DNA from: Ignavibacteriales bacterium
GTDB lineage: Bacteria; Bacteroidota; Ignavibacteria; UBA10030
NCBI GenBank assembly: GCA_016207365.1
Contig: JACQPU010000042.1
Span: 1-26,322, forward strand
Reading direction: 5' to 3'
Length of the DNA stretch: 26,322 bases
In this document: positions 9,679 through 16,874 of the stretch, piece after piece
How the letters are laid out: the number at the start of each line of letters is the position of its first letter
Numbering within the stretch: the first letter of the stretch is position 1
Translations under genes and position numbers: made by a program
The notes under the pieces: generated by a model
Seen by the model: only the letters and a program-made list of their open reading frames with translations
What the model was told of the DNA's origin: nothing
Databases searched by the model: none

Positions 9679-10685
9679 CGGAACCGGCAACGATTTTCGT
9701 CACGGGCGGGACTGGCTTTATCGGCACGAAGTTGGTCAATGTCCTCATGCAGAGTGGGCATTTCGTGAGGGTACTTACGCGCGCAACAAGCAATCGCGAA
9801 GGACTTCACCATGAACGCATCTCTTTCGTGGCCGGAGATCTCCTTAACCGAGAATCTCTCCGGAAGGGGATGGAAGGATGTACTCAGGTGTATCATCTGG
9901 CCGCGTATGCAAAGAACTGGTCGAAGGATCCCATAATTTTTTTTCAGCAAAACATCGAAGGGATGAAGCTTGTCTTCGATGCTGCACGGGACGCGGGCGT
10001 CCGGCGTATCGTCTTCACATCAACAATCGTTGTCTATGGGCCCACACCGCCGGGTGTCGTCGGTGACGAATCAATGCCGCGGACAACCCAGCGATGCTTT
10101 ACCGAATATGAAGAAAGCAAGACGCTCGCGCAGCAGGAAGCTCTGAAGTATGTGGATCGTGGCCAGGATATTGTCGTCGTCAATCCCACGCGCGTGTACG
10201 GTCCGGGAAAACTCACTGAGGGGAATTCAGTAACCCTCATGATCTCGATGTACGACAAGGGAAAGGTCCCCGTCTTGCTCAACAAGGGCCTGAATGTTGG
10301 AAACTATGTATTTGTGGACGATCTCGTAAAGGGACACGTTTTAGCAATGGAACGCGGAAAAACCGGTGAATCTTACATCCTTGGCGGAGAGAACGCATCG
10401 CTCAAACACCTGTTCGATCTTGTTGACGCCATCAGCGGTAAACAACATTTTCAGATCAATCTTCCGCCCCCCATAGCCCGGTTCTATTCCCGCGTTGAGC
10501 GGAAGAAAGCGGAATGGCTGGGTTTGTATCCGCAGATCACTCCCGGTTGGGTGGAGACGTTTCTTCATGACTGGGCGTATACCAGCACAAAGGCCGAGCG
10601 TGAAATCGGCTATACCATTACACCTCTTCGCGAAGGAATCAGGATCACTTACGAATGGCTGAAACAGGCAACCACGAAACGGTGA
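9675..10685 (+). CDS. Extended SDR / NAD-dependent epimerase-dehydratase (HpnA/dihydroflavonol-reductase-like)
   Basis: TGGTGFIG Rossmann motif, HLAA, YEESK (YxxxK), VVVNPTRVYGPG. ATG 9675 overlaps the upstream stop (ATGA). Confidence 0.9.
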   Translation: MTEPATIFVTGGTGFIGTKLVNVLMQSGHFVRVLTRATSNREGLHHERISFVAGDLLNRESLRKGMEGCTQVYHLAAYAKNWSKDPIIFFQQNIEGMKLVFDAARDAGVRRIVFTSTIVVYGPTPPGVVGDESMPRTTQRCFTEYEESKTLAQQEALKYVDRGQDIVVVNPTRVYGPGKLTEGNSVTLMISMYDKGKVPVLLNKGLNVGNYVFVDDLVKGHVLAMERGKTGESYILGGENASLKHLFDLVDAISGKQHFQINLPPPIARFYSRVERKKAEWLGLYPQITPGWVETFLHDWAYTSTKAEREIGYTITPLREGIRITYEWLKQATTKR

Positions 10686-11401
10686 ACCGGTTTGGTTCGT
10701 CACTCTCGCTCGCAGGATTGTTCAGTGGAGGAAACAGAAAACCAACTCTGATCCTTCTCCTGACGCCCATTCTCCTGACGACATTTAAGTACTATGGATC
10801 GAAGCAGTGGTACGAGGAGTTTCTGAGCGATATCATCGTTCTGGGGGGGACTCCCGAATGGACGGCAGCGTTATATGTTTTCTTGTCGTCGTTTATTCTG
10901 CTTGGGCTCGTGCCATTCATCGTAATCAGGTTCGTGTTTAAAGAGCAGCTGTCATTGTACGGATGGCAGCTCGGGGATGCACGATTCGGCCTGACAGCTC
11001 TTGCAATCCTGGCTCCGCTCTTCGTTGCATCCGCTTATCCCTCTGCTTCAATGCCCGATTTCATGGCAGAATATCCGCTTTATCGTGGAGCGGGAACAGG
11101 GTGGAATACCTTCGCTCTTCACGCGCTTTCATACGGCCTCTTTTACGTCGGCTGGGAAACATACTTCAGAGGATTCATGCAGTTTGGCCTGCGCTCGACG
11201 GTTGGCGATTGGAACAGCATCCTCATTCAGGTTCTTGCCTCCTGTCTCGTACACATCGGAAAGCCTGCAGCAGAGACTTTTAGTTCCATCCTGGGCGGAT
11301 TGCTCTGGGGCATCCTCGCATTCCGCACCCGTTCAATTCTCTATGGCCTCGCCATTCACTGGCTGCTGGGGGTTGCTCTGGATTTCTTTATTGTCATGTA
11401 G
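10682..11401 (+). CDS. CPBP (Abi/CAAX type II) intramembrane glutamic endopeptidase
   Basis: WETYFRG (single-Glu variant of EExxxR), LVHIGKP, AIHWLLGVALD, multiple TMs. GTG 10682 overlaps the SDR stop (GTGA). Confidence 0.85.
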   Translation: MNRFGSSLSLAGLFSGGNRKPTLILLLTPILLTTFKYYGSKQWYEEFLSDIIVLGGTPEWTAALYVFLSSFILLGLVPFIVIRFVFKEQLSLYGWQLGDARFGLTALAILAPLFVASAYPSASMPDFMAEYPLYRGAGTGWNTFALHALSYGLFYVGWETYFRGFMQFGLRSTVGDWNSILIQVLASCLVHIGKPAAETFSSILGGLLWGILAFRTRSILYGLAIHWLLGVALDFFIVM

Positions 11402-11439
11402 AGTTCCTCTCCGAATATCGTTTATACACAGAATGAAAC

Positions 11440-12369
11440 ATGTTCTTGGGTCGACGGCTTATTTTGGGAAAACTTGAGCTTCAAATCACGGATGTTCTTG
11501 TCCTTGGCACGCTGGCTTTCTTCAGCGCGCTGGCCCTGCTTTTCCTGGTAGATGATTGGCCTGTTCTCGTCCTGAAAAATCTGGGTATTGGCGTCCTGTT
11601 CCTCGGAGCCGTCTATGGAACCCCCAGGATTCGCCCTCGCTTTTGGCGATTTCTCCTGCGTGTCGCGGCGATCACCCTTTCTTACGCTTACCTCTTTGGG
11701 GCTGTTGCCAAGCTTCAACTCATTGTCCATTCCGACTGGCTGGATTATCTCATTCTCGATTTCGAACAATACATCTTTGGCGTGCAACCCACGTTGTGGA
11801 TAGAAAAGTTCACGGCACCCTGGCTCACAGAATGGATGATGTTTTCGTACGTCATCTACGTACCCATGTATCCGATTCTCTGTGGGATAATTTACTTCAC
11901 ACGGGGGGAACTGCCTATGGAGGAGTATTTCTTCGCCCTTGGCCTCACCAACATTCTTTGTGACGTGGGCTTTATTCTGTTCCCGGTTGCGAGTCCACTG
12001 TACTATGTGCCCGAGATTTACACCGTTCCGCTTGACGGATACGTGTTCACATTCCTTGGAGAACTGATGAGAAGTCAGCTTCACTATGCAGGAGGTTCCA
12101 TTCCGAGTCCACACGCCGCCGCGGCTACCATCATGTGGGTCATGGCCTACCGGTATCATCGTCCGTCATTTTATATTCTGACGCCGATCATCCTTTCCCT
12201 CTATGCGTCCACATTCTACGGCAGATATCATTATCTGACCGATGCTGTTGTTGGTGTGGTCGTTGCGGGAATTGCGTTGGTTCTTGCGCCGTCGATCATG
12301 CGGGCGTGGGATCGTCTGGTTGAAAGAGGAACAGTGGGTCTGCTCTTTGCACGCGCAAAAATTGACTGA
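11440..12369 (+). CDS. PAP2-superfamily membrane phosphotransferase, Aur1/inositol-phosphorylceramide-synthase-like
   Basis: IPSPH (C2) and RYHYLTD (C3) motifs, FPVASP, no KxxxxxxRP C1 motif, about 8 TM segments. Confidence 0.82.
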   Translation: MFLGRRLILGKLELQITDVLVLGTLAFFSALALLFLVDDWPVLVLKNLGIGVLFLGAVYGTPRIRPRFWRFLLRVAAITLSYAYLFGAVAKLQLIVHSDWLDYLILDFEQYIFGVQPTLWIEKFTAPWLTEWMMFSYVIYVPMYPILCGIIYFTRGELPMEEYFFALGLTNILCDVGFILFPVASPLYYVPEIYTVPLDGYVFTFLGELMRSQLHYAGGSIPSPHAAAATIMWVMAYRYHRPSFYILTPIILSLYASTFYGRYHYLTDAVVGVVVAGIALVLAPSIMRAWDRLVERGTVGLLFARAKID

Positions 12370-12388
12370 GCTGATGGTCCGGTTCATA

Positions 12389-12417
12389 TTGCTTTTCCTT
12401 CCTAAAACCGGTATCAT
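12389..12417 (+). promoter_or_regulatory. sigma70-like promoter for the Yip1 gene
   Basis: TTGCTT (12389-12394), 17 bp spacer, TATCAT (12412-12417). Confidence 0.5.
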
Positions 12418-12444
12418 TGCCAGACGTCATTCTCCCCCCACCCC

Positions 12445-13026
12445 ATGAGCGTTTTTGACCGCTTTGTTCTGCTGCTCTCCTCGCCCGATGAAGCGATGTT
12501 TGATCAATACGAATCGCCGAGTCTTGCCCATGCTCTTATTATTGTTTCAGCTTATGCGCTGATTTCATCGCTGAATTCCTTCCTCTCCGCAACCATCAAA
12601 TCCGGAAGTTTGGGATTCAGTCTTGTCACTTTTTTCGGATCGTTCCTCACGACATACCTCACGTGGGCTTTCCTTACGATCGTGTTCCGGCTCGCCTCCG
12701 AGCTGTTGGGCGGACTAGGAGAGCTCCCGAATGCAGTTGCCATCGTAGGCCTTGCAGCCGCCCCTCTCGTCCTCACATCGGCCGTTTCCATCGTCATCAC
12801 GCTCGGCGGAGCAATTGCCCTTCCCAACGATCCGGATCTCGTGCTGCCGAAAATCAGCCTTCTCGTGTCCGTAGTCGGCATGGCCTGGGGTTGGCCGGGT
12901 ATTTTGTGTTATTTTGGATTGAAATACGCGGAAAAGCTGCATGAGGCCAAGGCAGCAATCATCGTGCTTTTGGCCTTCCTGGCGGGAGGTCTTTACGAAG
13001 TTATCTATTCCGGAGCATTCGAATAA
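12445..13026 (+). CDS. Yip1-domain membrane protein
   Basis: 193 aa, 5 TM. LLSSPDEAMF resembles the Yip1 P..F start; IVGLAAAPLVL and a terminal G..LH..KA..I pattern also fit. Confidence 0.7.
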   Translation: MSVFDRFVLLLSSPDEAMFDQYESPSLAHALIIVSAYALISSLNSFLSATIKSGSLGFSLVTFFGSFLTTYLTWAFLTIVFRLASELLGGLGELPNAVAIVGLAAAPLVLTSAVSIVITLGGAIALPNDPDLVLPKISLLVSVVGMAWGWPGILCYFGLKYAEKLHEAKAAIIVLLAFLAGGLYEVIYSGAFE

Positions 13027-13119
13027 TCAGGACTGCTGGGCTGGCCCCAGCGCTTAAGAGAAACTCCGGTCCGTAAATCCTTGCTTGCCCCCGATGAAAG
13101 ATGGGAATTGCTTTCCTGG

Positions 13120-14508
13120 CTACTTTCTTGCCTTCAGTATCCTCGTCCAATGAACAATCTGCTTTTTTACTTCCTGTGGAGAGGTGCTCCCTGCCGACCT
13201 CTTTTGCTCTACGCTTTGATGGGGTAGGAGATGGTCAAAAATATCCGCTTCGAAATGCTTTGAAAATGTTCTAAGGGTTTCGAGGTCAAGGTTCCCGAAG
13301 TACATTCTGTGGTCGATGCAATACGAGACGATTTTGCCGGTAATCTCGTGCGCGGCGCGGAATGGCAGTCCTTTCCGCACCAGATAGTCCGCTACGTCCG
13401 TCGCTGTCGTAAAGTCGTTCCGCAGTTCTTCTTCCAAATGATCCTTCCGGAACTCCGTATGCACAAACATGTGGGACATAACAAACAGGGATGTGCGAAT
13501 CGTGTTCATTGTGTCAAAAAACGGCGCTTTATCTTCCTGCATGTCTTTGTTGTAGGCGAGGGGAAGGGCCTTCATCATGGTCAGGAGATTCATGAGGTTT
13601 CCATACACCTTTCCCGTTTTCCCGCGAATAAGCTCGGCTATATCCGGATTTTTCTTCTGCGGCATGATGCTGCTTCCTGTGGTATAAGCATCGCTGATGT
13701 CAACGAACGCAAACTCCCGCGTTGACCAAAGGACCAGCTCCTCGGCCAATCTGCTCAGATGCATGGCAAGAATTGAGCATGAAGAAACGCATTCAAGGAG
13801 ATAATCCCGGTCACTCACTGCATCAATGCTGTTTTCCACAATCCCATCGAACCCCAGCTTTCTGGCCACCCTGAGCCGATCGATTGGAAACGACGTTCCC
13901 GCCAGGGCTGCGGCGCCAAGAGGCGATTTGTTGGCCCGCCTCAGACAGTCATTCAGCCGGTCATAATCCCGATCGAACATGGACACATAGGCCAGAAGGT
14001 GATGTGACAACAACACGGGCTGTGCGCGCTGGACATGTGTATAGCCCGGCATGAGAACGCTAAAGTATTTCTCGGATTTGTACAATAGGACACGCTGAAG
14101 GTGTGTAATGAGTTTTTGCAGTTCGCGCGCGGAGGTGCGAAGATAGAGACGCTCATCGAGGGCTATCTGGTCGTTTCGGCTGCGCCCTGTGTGCAATTTT
14201 CCGCCCAGTGGACCGATCTTCTGGATGAGTCGATGCTCAATTGCCAGATGAATGTCTTCAAAATCATCGCTGAGCTGAAACTTCCCCGTTTCGATTTCTT
14301 TCTGGATGGCTTTAAGTGCGTTCCGGATCCTCCGCGCTTCCTGAGCGCTAATAATACGGCAAACCGAGAGCATTTCAACATGGGCAATGCTCCCTGCGAT
14401 ATCCTCCTGGTATAATTGCTTGTCGAGATCGATCGATGTGGAAAAATTCAGAGCGGCTTTGGATAGTGATTCTTTGAATCGCCCGCTCCAGAGAGCCTTA
14501 TGCGACAT
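13120..14508 (-). CDS. argH: Argininosuccinate lyase
   Basis: LWSGRF, KLHTGRSRNDQ, GSSIMPQKKNPD signature, YNKDMQEDK. Confidence 0.98.
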   Translation of the reverse strand: MSHKALWSGRFKESLSKAALNFSTSIDLDKQLYQEDIAGSIAHVEMLSVCRIISAQEARRIRNALKAIQKEIETGKFQLSDDFEDIHLAIEHRLIQKIGPLGGKLHTGRSRNDQIALDERLYLRTSARELQKLITHLQRVLLYKSEKYFSVLMPGYTHVQRAQPVLLSHHLLAYVSMFDRDYDRLNDCLRRANKSPLGAAALAGTSFPIDRLRVARKLGFDGIVENSIDAVSDRDYLLECVSSCSILAMHLSRLAEELVLWSTREFAFVDISDAYTTGSSIMPQKKNPDIAELIRGKTGKVYGNLMNLLTMMKALPLAYNKDMQEDKAPFFDTMNTIRTSLFVMSHMFVHTEFRKDHLEEELRNDFTTATDVADYLVRKGLPFRAAHEITGKIVSYCIDHRMYFGNLDLETLRTFSKHFEADIFDHLLPHQSVEQKRSAGSTSPQEVKKQIVHWTRILKARK

Positions 14509-14545
14509 GAGGGGTACTCAGGATTGTGTGAGAAAAGTGACAGGC

Positions 14546-14574
14546 AAGATAGGGAAAAATGGGGGGGAGGGCAA
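14546..14574 (-). promoter_or_regulatory. Independent sigma70-like promoter for argH
   Basis: On the minus strand: TTGCCC (14574-14569), 17 bp spacer, TATCTT (14551-14546). No ARG box seen nearby. Confidence 0.5.
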
Positions 14575-14590
14575 TGGGAGATTGCGTACT

Positions 14591-14740
14591 GCGGATTGTT
14601 TACCCGCCGAAGGCATTTGTGCCGAAGGCGGGCGGATTGTTTACCCGCCGAAGGCATTTGTGCTGAAGGCGGGCGGATTGTTTATCCGTCGAAGGCCTGC
14701 GTGCCCACCATAAATCACGGTGGGTAAACCGGCAGGCAGG
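14591..14740. repeat. Composite palindromic (REP-like) element: about 2.6 tandem copies of a 41-bp unit plus a nested hairpin
   Basis: Unit GCGGATTGTTTACCCGCCGAAGGCATTTGTGCCGAAGGCGG starts at 14591 and 14632, with a partial copy at 14673-14696. It is followed by CCTGCGTGCC...GGCAGGCAGG (14696-14740) enclosing CCCACC-9nt-GGTGGG. Confidence 0.88.
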
Positions 14741-14772
14741 CGGTTTAGGGCTCACCATTCGCCGGGTACCGT

Positions 14773-15204
14773 TCACTCTTGGCTTCTCACATGCTGAATC
14801 ACTACCGCCTGGCAATACACTTTGATCTGATCCCGAACGGTCCGAAACGCTGCGAGAATTTCGGAATCCGTTCCGGTAACTTTGGCTGGGTCCTGGAAAT
14901 CGTGGTGGAGTTGACGAACGCGGGCGGGAAAGTACGGACATTGTTCCCGGGCATTGTCACATACGGTAATCACGATATCAAAGTCTTCTTGGGAAACGGC
15001 GTCGATGGTTTTGGACGTGTGCCCTGAGATGTCCACTCCCGCTTCCTGCATCACCTGCACCGCTCGTGGATTCAGACCGTGGGCTTCTATCCCTGCGCTG
15101 TACACATCAACCCGGTCACCGGCAAAATGCCGCAACCACCCTTCGGCCATTTGGCTTCGACAACTGTTCCCCGTGCAGAGGACAAGAATTCGTTGCTTTG
15201 CCAC
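14773..15204 (-). CDS. arsC: Arsenate reductase, LMW-PTP/thioredoxin-coupled family
   Basis: CTGNSCRS P-loop, TVCD...CP redox cysteine pair, DP acid loop; lies in the ars cluster. GTG start. Confidence 0.92.
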   Translation of the reverse strand: MAKQRILVLCTGNSCRSQMAEGWLRHFAGDRVDVYSAGIEAHGLNPRAVQVMQEAGVDISGHTSKTIDAVSQEDFDIVITVCDNAREQCPYFPARVRQLHHDFQDPAKVTGTDSEILAAFRTVRDQIKVYCQAVVIQHVRSQE

Positions 15205-15215
15205 TTCCTATGCGT

Positions 15216-15656
15216 TCAGGCCAATTGTTTGATCATGCACACGGCGGTCGAAGGACAGTATAGCCGGTATTCCTTCGATGCTTTGACAAATTCGGGGATT
15301 TGGGTTTTCGGGACAGTAATGAAGCCATGGTTCGCGAAGAATTTCTCGGCCGTTGTCGTTAGCAAGGCCACCTGCTTCACTCCCATCTGTTTCATGGAGG
15401 AGAGAATCGCATTGGAAAGAATGCCTCCCAGGCCTTTGCCGCGGTCGGGAACACGGACCGCAAGCGACCGAAGGAGGGCCTCAGTTCCAGAGATCTCTGC
15501 TCCCACAACACCGACGATAATCCCGTTGTCTATTGCAACAAGAAAACACTGAAGATGCTCGTCGATGTCGGCCGCCGGAAGATCGTTTTCGTCGAGGAGG
15601 AATTTAACGGCCTCCCGGTCGGCAGCAGTAGCGTTGCGGAGATCCCATTGAGTCAT
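15216..15656 (-). CDS. arsN2: GNAT N-acetyltransferase, ArsN2-like (short ArgA/N-acetylglutamate-synthase-related)
   Basis: LLRSLAV, RGKGLG acetyl-CoA motif, LLTTTAEKFF..HGF, C-terminal EY..YCPSTAVCM. ATG 15656 is 1 nt after the arsM stop. Confidence 0.75.
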   Translation of the reverse strand: MTQWDLRNATAADREAVKFLLDENDLPAADIDEHLQCFLVAIDNGIIVGVVGAEISGTEALLRSLAVRVPDRGKGLGGILSNAILSSMKQMGVKQVALLTTTAEKFFANHGFITVPKTQIPEFVKASKEYRLYCPSTAVCMIKQLA

Positions 15657-15657
15657 G

Positions 15658-16458
15658 TCAAGCCTTTTCTCCCATGACGGTAATGCTTTCAATGCGCGCG
15701 TTTGATCTGCGATATGCTTCAAGATCCGCGGGAGAAAGAATCCCGGCAAGCTGGTCATCCGAAATATCAATTCTTTTTTCCTTCGTAACCCTCACATTAC
15801 GAAATCCGGCTTTTTGAATCAAGCTGAGATACTCATCCCGAAGCAACGCTCCGGCAACGCATCCCGCGTAAAGCTCCGCAACCGATCGAAGGGCTGAGGG
15901 CAAAGGAGCCGACAGGACAACATCCGAGATGCTGAAATGGCCGCGCGGTTTCAGAACGCGATGGATCTGTGCGAAGGCCTTTTGCTTGTCCGGAACCAGG
16001 TTCAGAACGCAGTTGCTGATAACGACATCAATGGAGCCTGATTCAACTGGAAGGTCTTCAATATCGCCAAGATGGAATTCAATATTGTTGTATCCTAGCT
16101 TCTGCCTGTTGGCCTCTGCTTTCTGAATCATTGTAGGTGTGAAGTCCACACCTATGACTCGTCCCGTTTCTCCAACAAGCCGACGGGCAACAAAAACATC
16201 ATTGCCCGCTCCGGAACCCAGATCAAGAACCACATTGCCGGACCGGATTCCCGCCCCGTCAGTCGGAATGCCACACCCCAGGCCAAGGTCGGCCTCCGGC
16301 ACATAACCTACGAGACCCGCGTAGTTGTCCGCCATGATGGGCTCTTCTGAGCACCCGCATCCAGGCCCGCAACATGACGATGATGCTGGCACGGAGCGCA
16401 CCGCGATTTCCCCGTATTTCTCTTTCACGATTTGTTTTAAATCCTGTCCCGTATCCAT
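15658..16458 (-). CDS. arsM: Arsenite S-adenosylmethionine methyltransferase
   Basis: N-terminal SCC, LGLGCG, VLDLGSGAG SAM motif, ISNCVLNL and AGCVAGA cover all conserved ArsM cysteines. Start MDTGQDLK with an AAGGA RBS just after the arsR stop. Confidence 0.95.
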   Translation of the reverse strand: MDTGQDLKQIVKEKYGEIAVRSVPASSSCCGPGCGCSEEPIMADNYAGLVGYVPEADLGLGCGIPTDGAGIRSGNVVLDLGSGAGNDVFVARRLVGETGRVIGVDFTPTMIQKAEANRQKLGYNNIEFHLGDIEDLPVESGSIDVVISNCVLNLVPDKQKAFAQIHRVLKPRGHFSISDVVLSAPLPSALRSVAELYAGCVAGALLRDEYLSLIQKAGFRNVRVTKEKRIDISDDQLAGILSPADLEAYRRSNARIESITVMGEKA

Positions 16459-16471
16459 TGTAGTCCTTTCT

Positions 16472-16804
16472 TCAGCAACACTGCTTGTAGTTTGTTTTAA
16501 GATGATCAAAGAATTCCCCAAGGGAATCGGCTACTTCTTCGAGTCGTTTCCAATGAATGCAATAACATGATTTCGGACCTTCGATTTCCCCGGTAATAAG
16601 CCCGAGTGACTTCAATTCTTTTAGATGTTGCGAGACGGTGGCTTGGGCAAGTGGAATGAGATTTACAATCTCACCACAAACGCACTCGCGACGTTTTGAC
16701 AATTCCTTTAAAATGGCAATCCTTGCCGGATGCGCCAGCACTTTGCAGACCTCCGATAAGTCAACATCCTTCCTGCCGAATAAATGCGTTTTGCTTTTTG
16801 GCAT
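16472..16804 (-). CDS. arsR: ArsR/SmtB-family As(III)-responsive repressor
   Basis: LAHPARIAIL, ECVCGEIV, QATVSQHLKELK helix-turn-helix, SCYCI, C-terminal CC. Confidence 0.93.
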   Translation of the reverse strand: MPKSKTHLFGRKDVDLSEVCKVLAHPARIAILKELSKRRECVCGEIVNLIPLAQATVSQHLKELKSLGLITGEIEGPKSCYCIHWKRLEEVADSLGEFFDHLKTNYKQCC

Positions 16805-16809
16805 GGCTT

Positions 16810-16829
16810 TTATCGTAATATTACGATAA
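16810..16829. promoter_or_regulatory. ArsR operator, perfect 20-bp palindrome
   Basis: TTATCGTAATATTACGATAA is its own reverse complement and lies 5 bp upstream of the arsR ATG. Confidence 0.85.
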
Positions 16830-16874
16830 TAAAATCAAAAAAGTTTCACCCCTCAAGGAAAAAAAGGTCAGTGG

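Noticed and set aside
13035-13051. GCTGGG-CTGGC-CCCAGC hairpin as a terminator between the Yip1 gene and argH
   Set aside because: The 6-bp stem has no U-tract on either strand, so it is too weak to call.
14591-14696. CRISPR array
   Set aside because: The 41-bp units are head-to-tail with no unique spacers, there are fewer than three copies, and no cas genes are present.
14387-14941. Short ORFs spanning the repeat region (14387-14713, 14500-14727, 14448-14657, 14600-14941)
   Set aside because: Their repeated peptides simply translate the 41-bp tandem repeat, and they overlap argH or arsC.
16472-16474. Selenocysteine read-through at ArsR Cys-Cys-TGA
   Set aside because: The protein is already full length, the next gene's RBS follows directly, no SECIS-like hairpin was recognised, and the read-through sequence looks non-coding.
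14773-16804. Arsinothricin biosynthetic cluster
   Set aside because: ArsM and an ArsN-like gene are present, but there is no radical-SAM ArsL (no CxxxCxxC) and no ArsQ transporter in the window.
14741-16874. ars cassette as an intact mobile element
   Set aside because: No transposase or integrase, no terminal inverted repeats or target-site duplication found, and no obvious compositional shift by eye.
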